NCBI RefSeq assembly: GCF_001194135.2
Contig: NC_068995.1
Location: 15,086,417 to 15,150,416 of the forward strand
From: Octopus bimaculoides
Taxonomy: Eukaryota
DNA: 64,000 nucleotides
Direction of reading: 5' to 3'
In this document: positions 12,292 through 24,633 of the stretch, piece after piece
Layout: every line of letters starts with the position of its first letter
How positions within the stretch are numbered: position 1 is the first letter of the stretch
Notes under the pieces: model-generated
What the model saw: only the letters and a program-made list of their open reading frames with translations
Told to the model about the DNA's origin: nothing
Database searches by the model: none
Program-made: the position numbers and the translations under genes

Positions 12292-14900
12292 GACGGAGAA
12301 AGGTTTTAGAAAGATGGATTAATTTAAAAAGAAAAATTCCTTACAAGTTAATAGCTGAAAAAGGTGTGTGTTGAAAAACACGTGGAAATTGTTAGTTTGT
12401 TGCTATACGGTTTATCAATGCCATATGCCAACAAACAACATGTTACCATATACATACGTACGCGACAAGGTTTCTTGGTATTAAGCTTCACGTCAACTTT
12501 GATTCAAAACTTACGATCAAGTATAGCACGTGTGTCGTTTTAAGGAGAATCTAGCTGCTGTTTTTAACAGATTTAGCAACCACATGAAAAACTACCTCCT
12601 TGACTCAACAGTAGTAGCTTTACACTATTATAGCCAATGGGTCACAGCCTCTCCTGATCCTCAGAAAAACCTGTTGAGATATGGAACGGTGAATAAGTTG
12701 GTGTTATGCCCAGTGGCCTGTGTCGCAGTATCATGGTCAACAGCTACAATAGCAGTGATGGTGCTATGGGAAAATGCAGAGACGTAAAACTTCTTGACTA
12801 GGTTATTATGAATGCTATTGAAAGAATTAGAGCACAATTGATTGGGCAAAAATTTAACTAGGTGAGTGCAGTGTTGCTTTGAACTAAGAATAGTGCTATT
12901 GATAATCTCATCCTAGTGAGACCACTGCAGAAGTATTTAGCATTTGTCAACTTGTAGGCCTCTTACGCTCGAAAAAAAAAAAATTTATGAATTTTTGCTA
13001 CATTCACATGAGTCTAGGGCTATGTATAAATGATCAAAGTATGGCTTTGATGCCAAGTTTTGCTAGATAAATTATTATTCTTTATCTTCAGAAAGGTTTT
13101 TGTATGAATATTTTCATTTTATTTATTGATCAAATGTATTTTCCTTTGTCTCATTAGTATATCTAGTAATTTCTTGGATATTGATACATTTTAATATGTA
13201 TTACCAGCAAGAAAAATGAAAAAAAAAATGAGTAAAATTTATCAATAGAAAACGTCAAGTAAGCTCCAACACTTGGTTGGATATATAAACAGTGACCATG
13301 ACTGTAGTGCCATACACTGTTCTCAGCATTTTTGTTATCCCAGAAACTGGAGTCTGTATCAGTTGAGTGGAAGCCATGTGGTCAGACAGAAAATCCTGAT
13401 TGATACTGGACATCACTTAATCTAGAACCATTTAGCTGAGTTTTTGTAGGCTCAGAGGTTTGGTGAAGGATCCTATCTCATTCTGGAGCCGGGTTTCCAC
13501 ATTAATTCTTTATTACCCATTTCTGTTTTGCTTTCATAGTTTAATCATCAACAACAGCATCGGGCACAAATCTCACTACCACTTGTCCCTCCATTAAGGT
13601 CCCTAATATTCATCTTGAATATTAGTGACCTCACTGGTACTTATACAAAGAACCCAGTACATACTACAAAGTGCTTGGTGTTAGGAAAGGCATCCAGCCA
13701 AAGATGCCATGCCAAAGCAGACAGATGTCGTTAGCAGCTCTTGTCAAAGTGTGTGACCAATGCCATCAGGGAAAATGGATGTTAAATGATGATTTTATTA
13801 TTAAAATTACATCTTCTGAGATGTGAGTTGCAAAAAAAAAAAGTACTGATGCAATGTGGAAGTGTGAGACGATTGTATTGAATGTTTTGGTATTAGTTGG
13901 GATTCTTGGTGTTCTGAGTCCAAATCCTATCTCTAGCCTACTTGGGTGGTAAGCTCAATCCATCACTTAACACTTCTACCTGGCACTTAGTGCCATTACT
14001 GGAGTCCATTCTACTCGAGGCATTCAGACCAGGTTTCTTAGTTTGAGGAGATACTTTTCCCAAACCCAGGTCCTGTTAACCAGTCACGGATACTGCCTCC
14101 CCGCCAAGGAATCAACAGCATTAAACTTCCTTGACTAGAAGTCTGTAATATCTGCACTATGTGATGCATAGTTTACTAATCCCCAGTTGTCTATTTATCT
14201 TAAATGGTGTAATGAATCTGTAAACTTTCATTTGGTCCAATTGCCTTGACAACAGGAATTCTATAAAAATAGAGGTGCAGCAGTGCCATAAGAAGCTTGC
14301 TTCCCAACCACATGGTTCTGGTTTTAGTTGCACTACATTGTGCTTTGGGCAAGTGTCTGCTATTATAGCCTGTGAGTGGATTTGGTAGGTGGAAACTGAA
14401 AGAAACCCAGCTTATCTTTGTATAAGTACTGAAGATTCTTCAAAGTGATGCTCCAGCATGACTGAAACAAGTGAAAGGTAGAAGATATAGACCAACTGTA
14501 AATGAAACACAAATGGATAGAAGAATAGGTTAAAAATTGCTACTCATGAGCACACAATTATTGTTAATGAACCATCAAAAAGTATTAAGTGCCTGTTCGG
14601 AAAGTAATCAAATGTATTTTGATATTTCTATATAAAAATTGATATGATGTTTATTCATAGTGGTGAAGGATAAAAGACTCCAGTAGAATTTGAACTTGGA
14701 ATTGTAGGGTACTGGACTAAACTGCGTCCTAATCAGTTTTTTTTTTTTTTGGACTGTGCAAAAATACCTTAAGAGACACCAACCACCAGTCTTCTTTCCA
14801 ACATGTAGACAAGAAGAGCACAAAACTAGAGGCCTGAACAAGTTGTTGATGGTGTAATAATTTAGAATTACACTGATTTGGATAGAGTTGTGATATGTTT

Positions 14901-14977
14901 TAGTTATATTTGATGATGAAATACTAGTTCTGCTACTGATGTTTTAGTGATGACAACACTTGCTGAAAATATAACTA
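14901..14977 (+). ncRNA. SNORD38: C/D-box snoRNA, U38/SNORD38 (snR61)-like, copy 1
   Basis: Terminal stem tagttatatt/aatataacta; box C (TGATGA), guide CTAGTTCTGCTA plus D' CTGA, C' GTGATGA, D CTGA (14963-14966). The guide is complementary to the conserved 28S motif AGCAGAACUGG and nearly identical to the U38 guide CCAGUUCUGCUA as recalled. Confidence 0.85.
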
Positions 14978-16299
14978 CAACAGTCACACAATTCTAACTT
15001 GTAAATTCAGACCACTGCAATCAGTTAACTATTATTGTTTGAATTTAACCTCAGTTCATTTATGTAAGAGTGAACAAAGAGACTAAGCAAATTGTAGGAA
15101 TTAGTCACTTTTCCCATTTCTTTTTATGTGGAAGTGGATTTTCATTACTGCTTTAATTTATAACAGAGTAAATGTAAAACGTATTTGATACATCTGTTTT
15201 CCATGCTGGCATGGGATGGACTGTTTGACCCAAGCTGGTGATCTGCATCAGGTTCCAGTCTGATATGGCCTGGTTTCTATGGTAAGATGCCCTTTCTAAC
15301 ACCAACCACTTCACAGAATTTGCTGGATGCTTTTTATGTGGCAGTGTGGTCAGATGTTTGTTTCCCAGCCACATGGTTCCAGTTAACAGTCCCACTGTGT
15401 GGCACCTTGTGGGGAGTGTCTTCTATAGCTGACCAAAACCTTATGAGTGAATTTGGTAGATAAAAATTGAAAAAACCCATTCTGTTTGCGTCTGTTTTGA
15501 CATTTTATGATACTTGTAAAATTCCAATATTCTATGAGAATGTCTGGCCATGGGGGAAATATTGCTTAGAAACTGAATGTTGGTGACAGGACAGGCATCC
15601 AGCTACAGACAATCTGCCCCAGTAAACTCCATCCAACTCATACAAGCATGTAAAAGTGGACATCAACCTTTTGGTGTTCGGACTACTCTGAATATAGTGC
15701 TTATTTTTTTCACAGTGTTTTAAATTATCTGGCATTGCTTTGATGATGTGATTGTTTATTTTTAGAATAACATTGTAGGGTAGGTGCAAGAGTATGGTCA
15801 GTTTAGATGGTGATTGTGTTGTGCAGAACCTTGCATGACTGAGGTGTGGGTATTACCATGTGCATATGGATTTCACTTTATGGTCACACGGTTTCTGCAT
15901 GACACTTTAGGCAAGTGCCATCATTTAACGTCAATGTTCCATGCTTGGCATGGCTTGGACAAGCAAATGTGATTTCACCAAGAGAGCTGGAACAAAGACC
16001 ACAATACATTTCTTTCAACATTCTAACAGCTTAATTGATTCTGTAACATCTGGCAGTCAGCCAATGCCTCATTAGTGAAATGGGATCACCTTTGCGAAAT
16101 ATTTGCTAGTGGATCATGAACTAAGTTTATTAAACCACATAAATTCTATCAGCTCTGTGTTTCACAAAACTTAGCATGTGGAAGCCTAGAATCGTTGAGT
16201 GTTTCTGAAGGAATAGTAATTAATGCTGAAGTATGACAAGTTTTAGAATAAAGAATGTTGCTGTTAGGCTTCGGTTAAAGCATTTACTGAGTTTCTGTG

Positions 16300-16388
16300 T
16301 TGTAGTTGTATTTTGTGATGAAACTTCAAAACTAGTTCTGCTGCTGATGTTTTAGTGCTGATTACATTCTCTGAAAATATGACTACAA
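16300..16388 (+). ncRNA. SNORD38: C/D-box snoRNA, U38/SNORD38-like, copy 2
   Basis: Terminal stem ttgtagttgtatttt/aaaatatgactacaa; C GTGATGA (16315-16321), guide CTAGTTCTGCTG plus D' CTGA, C' GTGCTGA, D CTGA (16371-16374). Confidence 0.85.
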
Positions 16389-17418
16389 CAATTATTATTA
16401 TGATGGTGAGCTGGTAGAATCATTAGCACACTGGACAAAGTGCTTAGCAGTATTTTGCCTTTCACTATGTTCTGAGTTCAAATTCTGCTGGCGTCAACTT
16501 TTTTCATCCTTTCGGGGTTGATAAATTAAGTATCAGTGAAACACTGGGGTTGATGTAATCGGCTAGTCCCCTCCCCCCACATTTCAGGCCTTGTGCATTT
16601 AGTAGAAAGGATTATTATTATTATACTGGTGTCTGTTTAATGACTTTTTAGCATTTATACTGGTCAGATCCAGCCTCTCACCTAAGCCTACAATGCTATC
16701 CTTAAAGTAAACAATCGCATCAGTGAAATCTCAAAGCTTTGAGATAATGCAGGATTAATTTACGGTAATGTGACTAAATAAGCATTACATTTGATAGCAG
16801 TCTGAATGCTAATAGGTTAGGGAATATGTTAAATGCCATTGGGTCATATAGTCAGACTCTTGTGGCAAATTATCCTTGAAGGTAATTGGGTGTTATTAAT
16901 GATTTAGGTTTAAATCTAATTCCATACTTTTTCCAAAAAATTCTGGATTGTCACCAAGCAGAAGCCTTTTCATATTGATATTGTAACTCACCCATAAAGT
17001 GAAATAGTATCTTTTTGGTTTTGTAAACCCTTTCGGGCATTATGTGCCTTGTGCTAGATACGATCTTCAAAAGACTTGGTTAAAAAGAGATCTGGCTGCT
17101 GTTTCTATGTTGACCATTTTGTTAATGTATTTCTGTTGAAATATGCTGCATTTGTTTCAGTTTTTAAAATAGCAGAATTTAGCACTGTTTGGAACAAATT
17201 AGCATGTGGTTTTGATAAGAGATCTTAATTTAGATCACACTAAAACAAGAGGCTTGAATCACAGAATCAGGGACGTCTCTGGTGTGTAAAAGTTTTGTCA
17301 TAGAAATAACAGATTTTGGCTTAATGTGAAACAATGTAAGGACTGCTGAAATTTCTGAAATACTCTTGCTACAAGGGAATTTATTTTATTTGTTAGCCAA
17401 TTATTTTGAATTTTGCTG

Positions 17419-17499
17419 CAGTTATATTTGATGATGAAATTTTAAAACTAGTTCTACTGATTTTTTAATGATGAATTACATCTGCTGAATGTATAACTG
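17419..17499 (+). ncRNA. SNORD38: C/D-box snoRNA, U38/SNORD38-like, copy 3 (guide shortened by 3 nt)
   Basis: Stem cagttata/tataactg; C ATGATGA, guide CTAGTTCTA plus D' CTGA, C' ATGATGA, D CTGA (17485-17488). Confidence 0.7.
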
Positions 17500-17781
17500 T
17501 AACAATCACAGCTTACTCTGGTGTGTTTTTGTAGGTTCAAATAGCTTAAGTTAATTTAAATTTCACCATTCATTTGCCTCTTCAATGAAAAATGTATGAG
17601 AGATGAATTGCTGATGACTTCTTCATTTAACATTTTTATATCATTTATGGTATCAAAATAATCCAAGTTCCTCACCGTAGTCATCTTCATAGACCATAAT
17701 CAACTTTTTCCTACTCATCTTTTATGCCTTTTCTTTTTTTGTCACCTGTAATTTGTTAATTGCTTTTCTTACCTTGTATAG

Positions 17782-17885
17782 GGTGCCCACAAATCCTTTA
17801 GAACAAAGATGAAGTTGGCGAAGAAAATGAAACAGAATCGCCCTGTCCCACAGTGGGTCAGAATGAAGACTGGCAATACGACGAG
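17782..17885 (+). CDS. RPL39: 60S ribosomal protein L39, coding exon 2
   Basis: AG/GT-bounded 104-nt exon encoding [34 protein letters not shown](R), matching the eL39 motif K.KQNRP.PQW.RMKTGN. Confidence 0.97.
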
Positions 17886-18918
17886 GTTAGTTTTATATAT
17901 ATCCTATATATTGTATAATATTGCTTATGTAACATAATAGTATTGAATCTATATGCACTCACTGTCCTCCTCCTCCTGCTATCACTCACTCTCTTACTAT
18001 CAGTTGCCTTCCTGCTTCCCCCCCCCCTCATACTCCTACTTTTTTCTTTCCACTCTCTTGTTCTGGTTATGTCATTTATTAAAAATCCATTGCTTCGAAT
18101 GAATAGCTACATTATAGCGGAAGAGTCTTTCATGGGACAGAGGAACCTCTCTATTGGTAACATAATAAAAATGCTTCCAGTGTTCTCTGTAAAATGGTTG
18201 TTATGCAGGAGATCTGGCTGTAGAAACCATGTTGAAATTTTGATGTACTCTTGTACAATTTAATGAATACATTTACATAACAGAATGCGTCTAATAAAAC
18301 AAAAATACTCATTAACAAGTGAAGCAAAAGTAAATACAAATGTGTAACATTGAAAATTATGTATTTCTCACTTTAACATTATTTGTAATAAAATGAAAGG
18401 AATATGTGATAGTATTGCTATCAAACAAAATATAGTTATGCCATCCAGGATACCAGTAGTTCCACAGTAGGGGAAGCTGCTTGATACCAAACATAATAGG
18501 ATTCAATAATGTGATTTGTTTAGTTTTTAGCCATTTCATAGAGAAATCTAATACGGCTGGATTTGGCTGGTTTGAACAAATGTGGGGGGATAATTTCGGA
18601 TGATTATGGCCAGTCTAAACACTAAAGGGTTAATGTTGGCAAGCATGAATGGCAGACTACTATGGCACTTAGTGAATACTGAGTATAATAGGAGTCAGAT
18701 TGATGTGACCTGGTCATGTGATGCATTAGGTGTATAACAGTTGGGTTAGAATATGTTGCATCATGCAAGTGGAAAGTTATGATGGAGGTTGAACTTGACT
18801 GTTTACAACCAAGGGCTGTAGTATGTGAGAGTTTGTCCTACCCTTGCAAGTAGATGATGATGATAGTGGTTTGTGTAGTTGATCATAACTATATGTTTTT
18901 TAATTTTATTTCTTTCAG

Positions 18919-18967
18919 ATACAATGCCAAGAGGAGACATTGGAGACGTACTAAGCTGAAGATGTAA
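18919..18967 (+). CDS. RPL39: 60S ribosomal protein L39, coding exon 3
   Basis: Acceptor tctttcag, then (R)YNAKRRHWRRTKLKM*. Total CDS is 156 nt = 51 aa plus stop. Confidence 0.97.
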
Positions 18968-19041
18968 GAATGGAAAACAAATCTTCACCAGTTTGGTTAT
19001 AGTTCCTTGTTGGACATTCTTGGTTTCTCAAACATTGCCAA

Positions 19042-19047
19042 AATAAA
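19042..19047 (+). terminator. Probable RPL39 polyadenylation signal
   Basis: AATAAA 75 nt after the stop codon; short 3'UTRs are typical of RP genes. Confidence 0.55.
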
Positions 19048-20060
19048 TGGACTTCATAAACCCATAATTTGTCTTTTCTTGATTTCACTCTTATGTTGGT
19101 GTCCTTATTACTGGATGTATTTCTTTTTATAATTAACATAGAAGTCTGTAAACAAGTCCTGTCTTCTTCAGGAATGGCTGTGTTAGAGATTTCTCTGGTA
19201 TGGTTGAGTTGCATGGTGTCTAATTAATGTTCTTTAACCCTTTCGATACCAACCTGGCTGAAACCGCCTCTGGCTCTAGTACAAATGTTTTGTTTTTGTA
19301 AGCTCTGAATTGAAATGTTCATAACACTAGCTGAATGATAAGTAAGTTATTTTACTAAGTTCTTTGTTATGTAAAATTAATTGAAAACACAGCATCTGTG
19401 GAATCTTAAATAACCAAAGCCTGTTGTGTGTTACTGTCTTGGCTGTTGGTGACACTTGATTACAATTATCACTATCATATAGTGCTCTTCGTTTGCAAAA
19501 CAGATGAGGGTTAGCAACAGGAAGTACATATGAGTGGATAATTAAATTGAATCACAGAGTATAATTTCAAAAACAGCTTCCTATAGTTTTTAGGGTCTGC
19601 ACTATATATACAATTAAAAGCACACATTGGAGGCTCTGCTATGTATCGATAGCTTTGTGCAAGTTTCTGATCCAATAAATAAAATGTTTCATCCAGTGGT
19701 TTCACTTGATCAAACCAAGCTTTCCTTGAAAAACAATAGTTGGTATTAGAAAGGGCATCTAATCAAAATACTGCTGGATAGATGTCTTGGCTTACCAATG
19801 TCAGCTTGGAAAAGGAATCTACAATAAATAGCCAAAAAGCAGGCACAACAGAAGTTTGAAAACGAATATGTATTGTTTCTTTAAAAAATAATTTTAATAC
19901 AAAATTAAATTTTAAAAGTGTCCACTTCAACCACGAGCTATAACAATGTCCTCAATGAAATACGGAATGAGAAATAACTTCGCAGAAGACTGTTTCACTT
20001 CAAATTCACATTTGATAGTCTCTCTCTCTCCATAAGTAGTGACGTTCGTGTCCAAGGAAT

Positions 20061-20216
20061 TTATGATTCAGACCATTTGTGAAGTTTCACTTGTTTTTCG
20101 GTTAAAGCTAGGAGATAATGATTGTCTTTTGTGGAGATGGAGCAAATATCAAGAACAGGGGATCCACAAGACAACTTTTGGACATATTGAAAGGTTTTTC
20201 CATCCCAAATATTAAT
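20061..20216 (-). CDS. RFWD3: RFWD3 terminal coding exon 13
   Basis: INIWDGKTFQYVQKLSCGSPVLDICSISTKDNHYLLALTEKQVKLHKWSES*, matching the human C-terminus [30 protein letters not shown]. Confidence 0.95.
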   Translation of the reverse strand: MNIWDGKTFQYVQKLSCGSPVLDICSISTKDNHYLLALTEKQVKLHKWSES

Positions 20217-21178
20217 CTGAAATATAAAGAGAGATGTATCAGTACAAATCATTGCCAAATTTGAATTTTTTTAAATAGCTAAAGGTGGTATGGTGAACTG
20301 TGGGTGAGACTGCACTTCAGACAATCTTTCACCCAAATTTACTGCCTGGTCCCAGTATGCCTTTAGCAGAGACAACTGCAAGCATTTGGGCCAGAAGATT
20401 TCTGCTCACAAGTCTCAGGGATTCTGGTTAAGCAATGAAAGACAAAAAAGCCAAGCAACTGTTTTGACACTTTCAATGTCTAATAGCCAAAGTTGGTGGT
20501 GCTAGTTGCAAAGCAGCTCTTGGGTTGTGAGTTCAACCTGCAGATTCTTTGTGTGTATGGAAACAATTCTTTGACCTGTCATAGAACTTCTTACGGAAAA
20601 CATGTACAGATCTGTTTCAAAACTGGTATGCCAGAGATCGTTTTAAAAATTACTGGAGCATATCACTATTGCTTATTAGTAATCGTACTTGTGTATAACA
20701 AGCTTGTGGATTTTCTAAAGCCTTTAAATTATATTTTCAAAAGTTCATGGTGCACCATGAACTACATTTCAGAACTACTGTGAGAGAAACTGACTTTGCT
20801 GTTTAGGATAAGACTTGACTCATCTGCATCATGTAGGGGTAACAACTGGCTCAACAGACCTAAGATAAAAATGCATTGCCCATTCCATTACTTTTGTCCT
20901 TCAGAAGTATCACATTCTCCAATAATGTTAAGTTTTTTTTCTCTCTTTTTAAGCTCATAGGATGCAATCTCCAGGAGATTTGGTTGCTATTTCTAGCAGG
21001 TTGAGCAATCATGAGGCGTGCTTGCTTCATTTCAGAACTAAGCTAAAACAAAGCAGTTGTATATACAAGTTTTAGTGATATTTGTTAAATAAATCTTAAT
21101 AAATTAATCATTTTTTTACCGTTCCAGAGTAACAATAAAAATAGCATTATTGGAAATTTTGTCTCTTTATAATCTTAC

Positions 21179-21352
21179 CGCACACGCTAATTCTTCACTG
21201 GCACATATCAATAGTTGATTTTTGTCAATGGGATGTTGAATCAGCGATGTTCGGGAGAGTAACGTCTGTGGAGAGCTACCGTGAAATGTCTGGACAACAT
21301 TACAGCTACAAATATTGTGGTCATCAGAAACAGATGCTGTCATTTCACATAC
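21179..21352 (-). CDS. RFWD3: RFWD3 coding exon 12
   Basis: VCEMTASVSDDHNICSCNVVQTFHGSSPQTLLSRTSLIQHPIDKNQLLICASEELACA; phase 0-0. Confidence 0.95.
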
Positions 21353-21823
21353 CTAGAGATTGAGAAAGAAACAGTTACAGAACATCCACGTTTAAGTGGA
21401 GATAAAATATTACCTCTCAGTATTAATACTGCCTATGTTGCTAACACACATACATATATTAGTGACTATATTATATAATGTGGTCACTGAATCCTGGACA
21501 GGTGATTTTTAGGAGATTTGACTGCTATTTTTAACAGATTAAGTTACTGTAGAAGTGTGTGCTGTGTACAGTCTGACCTGGTTGGAAGCATTGAATTCAC
21601 TGCAAATTGTGTTCAGTTACAACCATGTCAATATATATATATATATATANNNNNNNNNNNNNNNNNNNNNNNNNNNNNNNNNNNNNNNNNNNNNNNNNNN
21701 NNNNNNNNNNNNNNNNNNNNNNNNNNNNNNNNNNNNNNNNNNNNNNNNNNNNNNNNNNNNNNNNNNNNNNNNNNNNNNNNNNNNNNNNNNNNNNNNNNNN
21801 NNNNNNNNNNNNNNNNNNNNNNN

Positions 21824-22088
21824 GAACCAAGGTTCATGAACCCATCGATGAAAATCCACTATCACATATAGAAAAATTAATAATTAAAAGCACAATAAAT
21901 GAGTATAATATAATACAAAGTAAATATAAGATAAAGATAATAATAATAATAATTATTATCTTTATCTTATGATATTTACTTTGTATTATATTATACTCAT
22001 TTATTGTGCTTTTACTTATTGATTTTTCTATATGTGACAGTGGATTTTCATCGATGAGTTCATGAACCTTGGTTCTTTTCCCTAAAAC
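21824..22088. repeat. About 250-bp AT-rich near-perfect palindrome
   Basis: Arms 21824-~21945 and ~21955-22075 with a few mismatches; the right end matches 33311-33363. Confidence 0.8.
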
Positions 22089-22121
<33 letters not shown>

Positions 22122-23571
22122 TTCAGTTACTGTGGTAAATGCAGCAGATACATGTTGGATATAGTGGTGGACTGATTACTGTTCAGTCCCAGCTCAACTG
22201 AGAGAGCACATTATCTAATGTGTCTTTTCATAGACTGGGAGGAGTCATGTTGCCTTGAATAAGCAGAGGGATACAGAGGAGTGGTGCTGACACACAGATA
22301 AACTCTAGTAATGGTGCCAGGATAAATGCAACCATTAAATTCTGAAAAAGTAGATGACATTACAAAGAATAACCAGATGCAGAAGCCATGCCAAAATAGA
22401 ACATACAAGCAAGATGAGACCTCTAACCCATTGAGGAAGAGTTTCTCAAGACATTTAGCTACTATTGTGTCATTTCTAAAGCCTTAAAATAGCTTCTGCC
22501 ACCACTATCATCATCATCATTTACTGTCCAGTTTTCAATGTCAGCATGGGTTAGATCAGGAATTCTTAACCATTTTTTTTTAATCTATGAATCCCTTTGA
22601 TTGCTATTTTATTCTGGTGGACCCCCTTGATTGCTATTTTATTCTGGTGGACCCCCTTGATTGCTATTTTATTCTGGTGGACCTCCATAGCCATTTGATG
22701 CTTAAAAACTAGTTTTACAGAAACTTCTTGCAAAATCCATATTTTGTTTTTCACACATTTAGGTTAAACTATGTAAAACAATAGAGAAAGTACCCTAGCT
22801 GATTCTTGCAATACCTACCACTACATACGTCTAAAGCAAAATTTTTTCAGAGGCTCTTAAAATACTTTTGTGGATACTCAATTTGTGTGGACCCTGGTTG
22901 AGATGGAGTTTGCTGAGGCAGATATTTTAGGTCTGGATGACCTTCACGTCATTAACCCTCATCTACTTCCAAGTAAGGTAATATTTCCACATGGCCAGAC
23001 ATGTTTTTTTTTTTGGAAGACTGGATATGAAAGACACTGTATGACAGTGACACTAATTTGCAACTATCACACTATGTCAAGACAAGGAAACACATACATA
23101 TATGACAGGCTTCTTTTAGTTTCCATCTACTAAATCCACTTGCAAAGCTTTGGTCTTCTATAGCTTTGAGCTGCAGTAGAAGACAACTGCCCAAGGTGCA
23201 AGGCAATGGAACCTAACCAAAAACCATGTGGACGAGAAGCAAACTTCTTAACCACACAGCCATGTCTGCGTCTATATTCTACTTTAAAAAATCTATGACA
23301 TGCCAGGCACCCCCCAAAGTGCACAATTTGTGAACCAGTGAGGTCAATGAACCAACAAACATTTTTATCTACACACCCACTACACTCTCGGAGTGGTTGG
23401 CATTAGGAAGGGCATCCAGCTGTAGAAACTCTGCCAGATCAGATTGGAGCCTGGTGTAGCCATCTGGTTCACCAGTCCTCAGTCAAATCGTCCAACCCAT
23501 GCTAGCATGGAAAGTGGACGTTAAACGATGATAATGATGAATACATATTATTTTGTTTTTGCTTCACTCAC

Positions 23572-23663
23572 CAAATGCCGGACCTTGGGAAATTTGGTAG
23601 AATTCCTAAAACTTGCCAATAACTGTCTTGTGTGAGTTTCAAAAAATAAACTTGTGAGGTTAC
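23572..23663 (-). CDS. RFWD3: RFWD3 coding exon 11
   Basis: NLTSLFFETHTRQLLASFRNSTKFPKVRHL; phase 1-0; donor GTGAGT. Confidence 0.93.
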
Positions 23664-24538
23664 CTTTAAGACAAAAATGAAATAAAATAAAGTAAACATA
23701 AGGAAGCTGGTAAAAGTACTGATAATCACCAGTTATGAGAAATGAAGAATTTCTAGAATTTAACTTAAGATTTGGTGCTCAGTCACCAATTTTAGTGTTT
23801 GTCATGAGCCCTTGAACAAATAAATTAAATTGAATTGACAGAATATCAGGCTATACAATTTATAATATTTACTTGTCTTTCCATGATCATCTGTCAATTA
23901 AAAATTTCACTTTCATTCCTCCATCACAATCACAAAAAATAAGTATCTGATTGTGACTTTTTTTTTACCTTTGAAGAATGAAAAGCAAAGCTGACCTTAA
24001 AAAGATTTGATCTCACAACATAAATGTGTACAATGAAATACTGCAAGGTATTTTTTCTAATACTCTAATGAATCTGCTTATTGTGATCATTTTGAGATGA
24101 AGTCTTTTCAATTACAATAACTGTTTGATGATATTACTACAATTATAATGAGTAACCTCTGGGGTATATTTAAACGGAATTTATTGTCTTCAGGACTTTA
24201 CTACAAGTTTGTAGAAATATTTGTGAGATCAACAAGAAAAGGTAAAGATGTGAACACAGAAAAGTTGGAGAATTCAGTGTTTAAAACCAAAAATCAGTGT
24301 ATGATAGTGAAATATACCAGGTAAAATCCTTCATGAGAGAATAATACCTTATTTAATAAAGAGCCTCTTGCTGAAGAATTAATTTCTATCTGTTTCATCT
24401 TATGGCATACCACACCAACAAACACTAAGCATCACTTCTGGTTTTATTTCCAGCCTGATCCATGCCAAAGTAGACCATCACCAGTGCAACAGTTCTAGTG
24501 ACTTTCTTTACCCTTACCTGTTCAGTTTTAAGTCTTAC

Positions 24539-24633
24539 CTTCCAAAGGAAGAAGATGAACTTCATATTTATTGTTAGGTTTTCTCTCATAAAAGCTGATT
24601 CGATCTAACTGACCAACCAACAGTCCACCAGCT
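24539..24633 (-). CDS. RFWD3: RFWD3 coding exon 10
   Basis: AGGLLVGQLDRISFYERKPNNKYEVHLLPLE(G); phase 2-1. Confidence 0.93.

Noticed and set aside
13287-13503. Hairpins ending in ACA in RPL39 intron 1
   Set aside because: The H box and two-hairpin geometry are not canonical; chance structure is plausible.
18137-18260. Possible H/ACA snoRNA in RPL39 intron 2 (two hairpins and a terminal ACA; vertebrate RPL39 hosts SNORA69)
   Set aside because: No ANANNA H box between the hairpins, no clear pseudouridylation pocket and no similarity I could recognise. It needs snoGPS or Infernal before any claim.
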